DNA of 63,628 nt, the filler included, from Nanobdellota archaeon (GTDB lineage: Archaea; Nanobdellota; Nanobdellia; B33-G15), in the NCBI GenBank assembly GCA_003660925.1. It is 8 parts of 8 records of this genome, joined end to end, with 100 filler letters (N's around TTAATTAATTAA, not from the genome) between each part and the next. Parts side by side here need not be neighbours in the genome. Positions count along the whole stretch, not along the records: positions 57,642 to 63,628 come from QMVD01000042.1; 7 more parts are not named here. The stretch is one strand, 5' to 3'. Shown here piece by piece: positions 61,544 through 63,628 of this stretch. Each line of letters starts with the position of its first letter. Position 1 is the first letter of the stretch. The notes beneath the pieces were generated by a model. That model saw only the letters and a program-made list of their open reading frames with translations. It did not search any database and was not told the origin of the DNA. The position numbers were made by a program, and so were the translations under genes.

Positions 61544-62866
61544 TTATAGACGCCTCCTCAGATAAAGATAGGTCAAGATTAAACCTACTACAAGCGCGAG
61601 GCCAGTTAAGGTCCTAGGATTCGTGAGGAGGAAGTAACCTGTCAAAGTTGGAGACGATAGGAGAGAAGTTCCTTCTTCTGCAACTGTCTTGTTTTCCTCA
61701 ATGCATAAGTTTTCTGCTTCATCACAGATTTTTCCTCTTGGACACCCACAATCGATGCAACAGTTACTGGAATTCTCCTCAGCCTCACAGATTCCATTTC
61801 CGCACTCTGCACAAATGCCACAGTCTATCTCACATGTTTCACAGCTTTCATTTTCCTGACACACGTAATCCCCACAGTAAGGAGGTGGAGGAGAGTATGT
61901 ACATGTTCGAGTCTCTGCTGGTTTATTTTTGGTTGTGCCACACTCATTTAAATCCACACAGCTTCTGTACTGCGTGCCGTTGGGGTAACAAGGAGACCAC
62001 TCGGAACACGTCCAGTTCTCCTCACAAGAAGTGTGTGTTGGAAAAGTTCCCCCGCTTGTTGCCTTGGAAGGCGTATAAGGGCTCTCCTGGGCTTTTTCCT
62101 CCAAAGTCACTGTCAGATTCAAGTTGGTGTAACCTCCCGATGTGAATGTGTAGGTTTGATCCGCCCACTTATCACCAACTTTAAACCTTATCAAATCGCC
62201 GTTTTTCCCACCATCTACAACCATGTAAAAATCCCACTCCAAACTATGGTTGACAACAGCTGTCCCTTTAACTTCATTCTCAATGAGAGCATATATTATA
62301 GTCCCGTCCTCAACTTCTCCTTCTTCTCCTACAGAAATGATTTTTACGTTCCCATAAAAGAAATGAGGTAGGATAGGTTGAGAGAAGGATGGTGAAAGAA
62401 CTAGAAGTCCGAATATTAGTAGGGATAATTTTCTCAAGTTTCTAGATAAGAACCTAAATTTTCTGTATATAATGACCATCACGGTTATCAATGTGAGAAA
62501 CAAAACTATGAGGACCCAACTTGTAGTCCTGTCAACTTTGAGATCAAATCCCTCTCTCACCTCTCCAGGCTCAAAAACTAAGGTCTCTCTGGCTTGGAGG
62601 CCATCCACATAGAATCTTATCGGCTTACCTATGTCTTCTCCCGTTCCTTGAACAGTTAGGACGTAAACTCCTTCGTGGACAACTGTGAAGTTCGAGACCG
62701 TTCTGTCACCAATTTTAGCTGTTATCACAGTACCTACTGGGGCTGGTTCCCCGCTCACCGTCACGTTTCCCGAGACAATCATTGGCATTGAGGGAGGAAG
62801 CTGGGCGAGGCTTAGGAGAAGGAAAAATGGAATGGTTGTGAGGAAAAGACTCGTTCTAACCCTCAT
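61544..62866 (-). CDS. Membrane-anchored surface protein: two related beta domains, Cys-rich repeats and three to four hydrophobic segments
   Basis: P..P....GNV domain twice, CEENWTCSEWSPC, CG...C...E....C..DCG twice, and C-terminal TM + RRR. Confidence 0.75.
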   Translation of the reverse strand: MRVRTSLFLTTIPFFLLLSLAQLPPSMPMIVSGNVTVSGEPAPVGTVITAKIGDRTVSNFTVVHEGVYVLTVQGTGEDIGKPIRFYVDGLQARETLVFEPGEVREGFDLKVDRTTSWVLIVLFLTLITVMVIIYRKFRFLSRNLRKLSLLIFGLLVLSPSFSQPILPHFFYGNVKIISVGEEGEVEDGTIIYALIENEVKGTAVVNHSLEWDFYMVVDGGKNGDLIRFKVGDKWADQTYTFTSGGYTNLNLTVTLEEKAQESPYTPSKATSGGTFPTHTSCEENWTCSEWSPCYPNGTQYRSCVDLNECGTTKNKPAETRTCTYSPPPPYCGDYVCQENESCETCEIDCGICAECGNGICEAEENSSNCCIDCGCPRGKICDEAENLCIEENKTVAEEGTSLLSSPTLTGYFLLTNPRTLTGLALVVGLILTYLYLRRRL

Positions 62867-62879
62867 AACTATCACGAAG

Positions 62880-63628
62880 TTAGTTTTCCTCTATCCCCAA
62901 TAACGTCGCCGCCTCCTTCATATATATCCAATAACCTATCCCTGGATACATGAGAAGAGGCTCACTGTAACCGGGCGTATATATGTTGATGAATAGACCA
63001 TCCACATAACCTATCACATACGCGTAGGAGTAAGAATACATACATGAGTCAAGGAAGCAACTCACATCTGTCAAGGATATTAAGGCCTCGTCTGCATACA
63101 TGGGACTTGTTGCGGTGTGACCTATCAAGTTCCATCCAGGCTGTAACTCAAGACTTGGAAGTGGCGTTTTATTTCCGCTGATTCTCTCGTAATCCACTCC
63201 TATTTGCTCATAATCGTCTGTGTACACCCAATATCCCTTCAAGGGCTCGAGCTCATCGAACTCGCAAGCATCTCCGACCTTGCAGAACAGCCAACCCTGG
63301 GATGGGTCATAGTAGTATAAGAGATCGCCTCCTGAGAATAAGTCTCCTATCTCTGGGTTGGAAACTTCTCTGGGTATGGAGATTAAGTTCCATCCGGGGA
63401 CTAGGTTGATGACTAAATCGTAAACCCTTACGTAATAATCCTCACTTATCACGACATTTCCCACGTTATCAACAGCGGTTATGTTATACACAATGGTCGT
63501 GCTTTCGGATTGGGCTGGGATCTCTGCCTGGAAAACCTCATTCTCCGTCATAGGCACACAGGTTGTATCTCCTCCCAATTCAGCATAACATAGTTCGACT
63601 TCTCCTACTCCACTTATCCCATCCGTAA
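62880..63628 (-). CDS. C-terminus of a surface protein with two PGWNLI...GYW repeats, 5'-truncated by window edge
   Basis: LVPGWNLISIP...KGYWVY and LQPGWNLIG...IGYWIY. Confidence 0.75.
   Translation of the reverse strand, partial: TDGISGVGEVELCYAELGGDTTCVPMTENEVFQAEIPAQSESTTIVYNITAVDNVGNVVISEDYYVRVYDLVINLVPGWNLISIPREVSNPEIGDLFSGGDLLYYYDPSQGWLFCKVGDACEFDELEPLKGYWVYTDDYEQIGVDYERISGNKTPLPSLELQPGWNLIGHTATSPMYADEALISLTDVSCFLDSCMYSYSYAYVIGYVDGLFINIYTPGYSEPLLMYPGIGYWIYMKEAATLLGIEEN

Overview
This window is eight unrelated contig pieces, most about 8 kb, from an archaeal genome bin. They are joined by artificial 100-nt linkers (N44-TTAATTAATTAA-N44), so adjacency across a linker means nothing. Gene content points to a probably thermophilic DPANN-type archaeon (inference): MCM, TBP, RFC, SMC, Cdc48, exosome Rrp42, Rpo6, GatDE, archaeosine TGT, deoxyhypusine synthase, archaeal SRP RNA, large Cys-rich N-glycosylated surface proteins, class III signal peptides and E/K-rich proteins. 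Most of the window is housekeeping. The best candidates for undescribed biology are three. (1) A same-strand unit at 28495-30750: a wHTH regulator with a complete tRNA-His nested inside its reading frame, then a GNAT acetyltransferase, then hisS. (2) A 5.6-kb accessory block bounded by an exact 53-bp direct repeat. It carries a secreted polymorphic-toxin-like protein with a mirror-symmetric 14-Cys beta-hairpin, a C-terminal HExxH peptidase domain and two paralogous candidate immunity genes, plus a type IV TA-like pair and a 23-aa poly-Lys peptide. (3) An intron-containing tRNA-Ile with the rare UAU anticodon, in a genome whose IleRS has deviant signature motifs. Also present are a LAGLIDADG intein in Cdc48, a >2600-aa repeat-built surface protein, a frameshifted zincin gene and a metG with no in-frame canonical start. 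All calls come from reading motifs by eye; no database searches were run.
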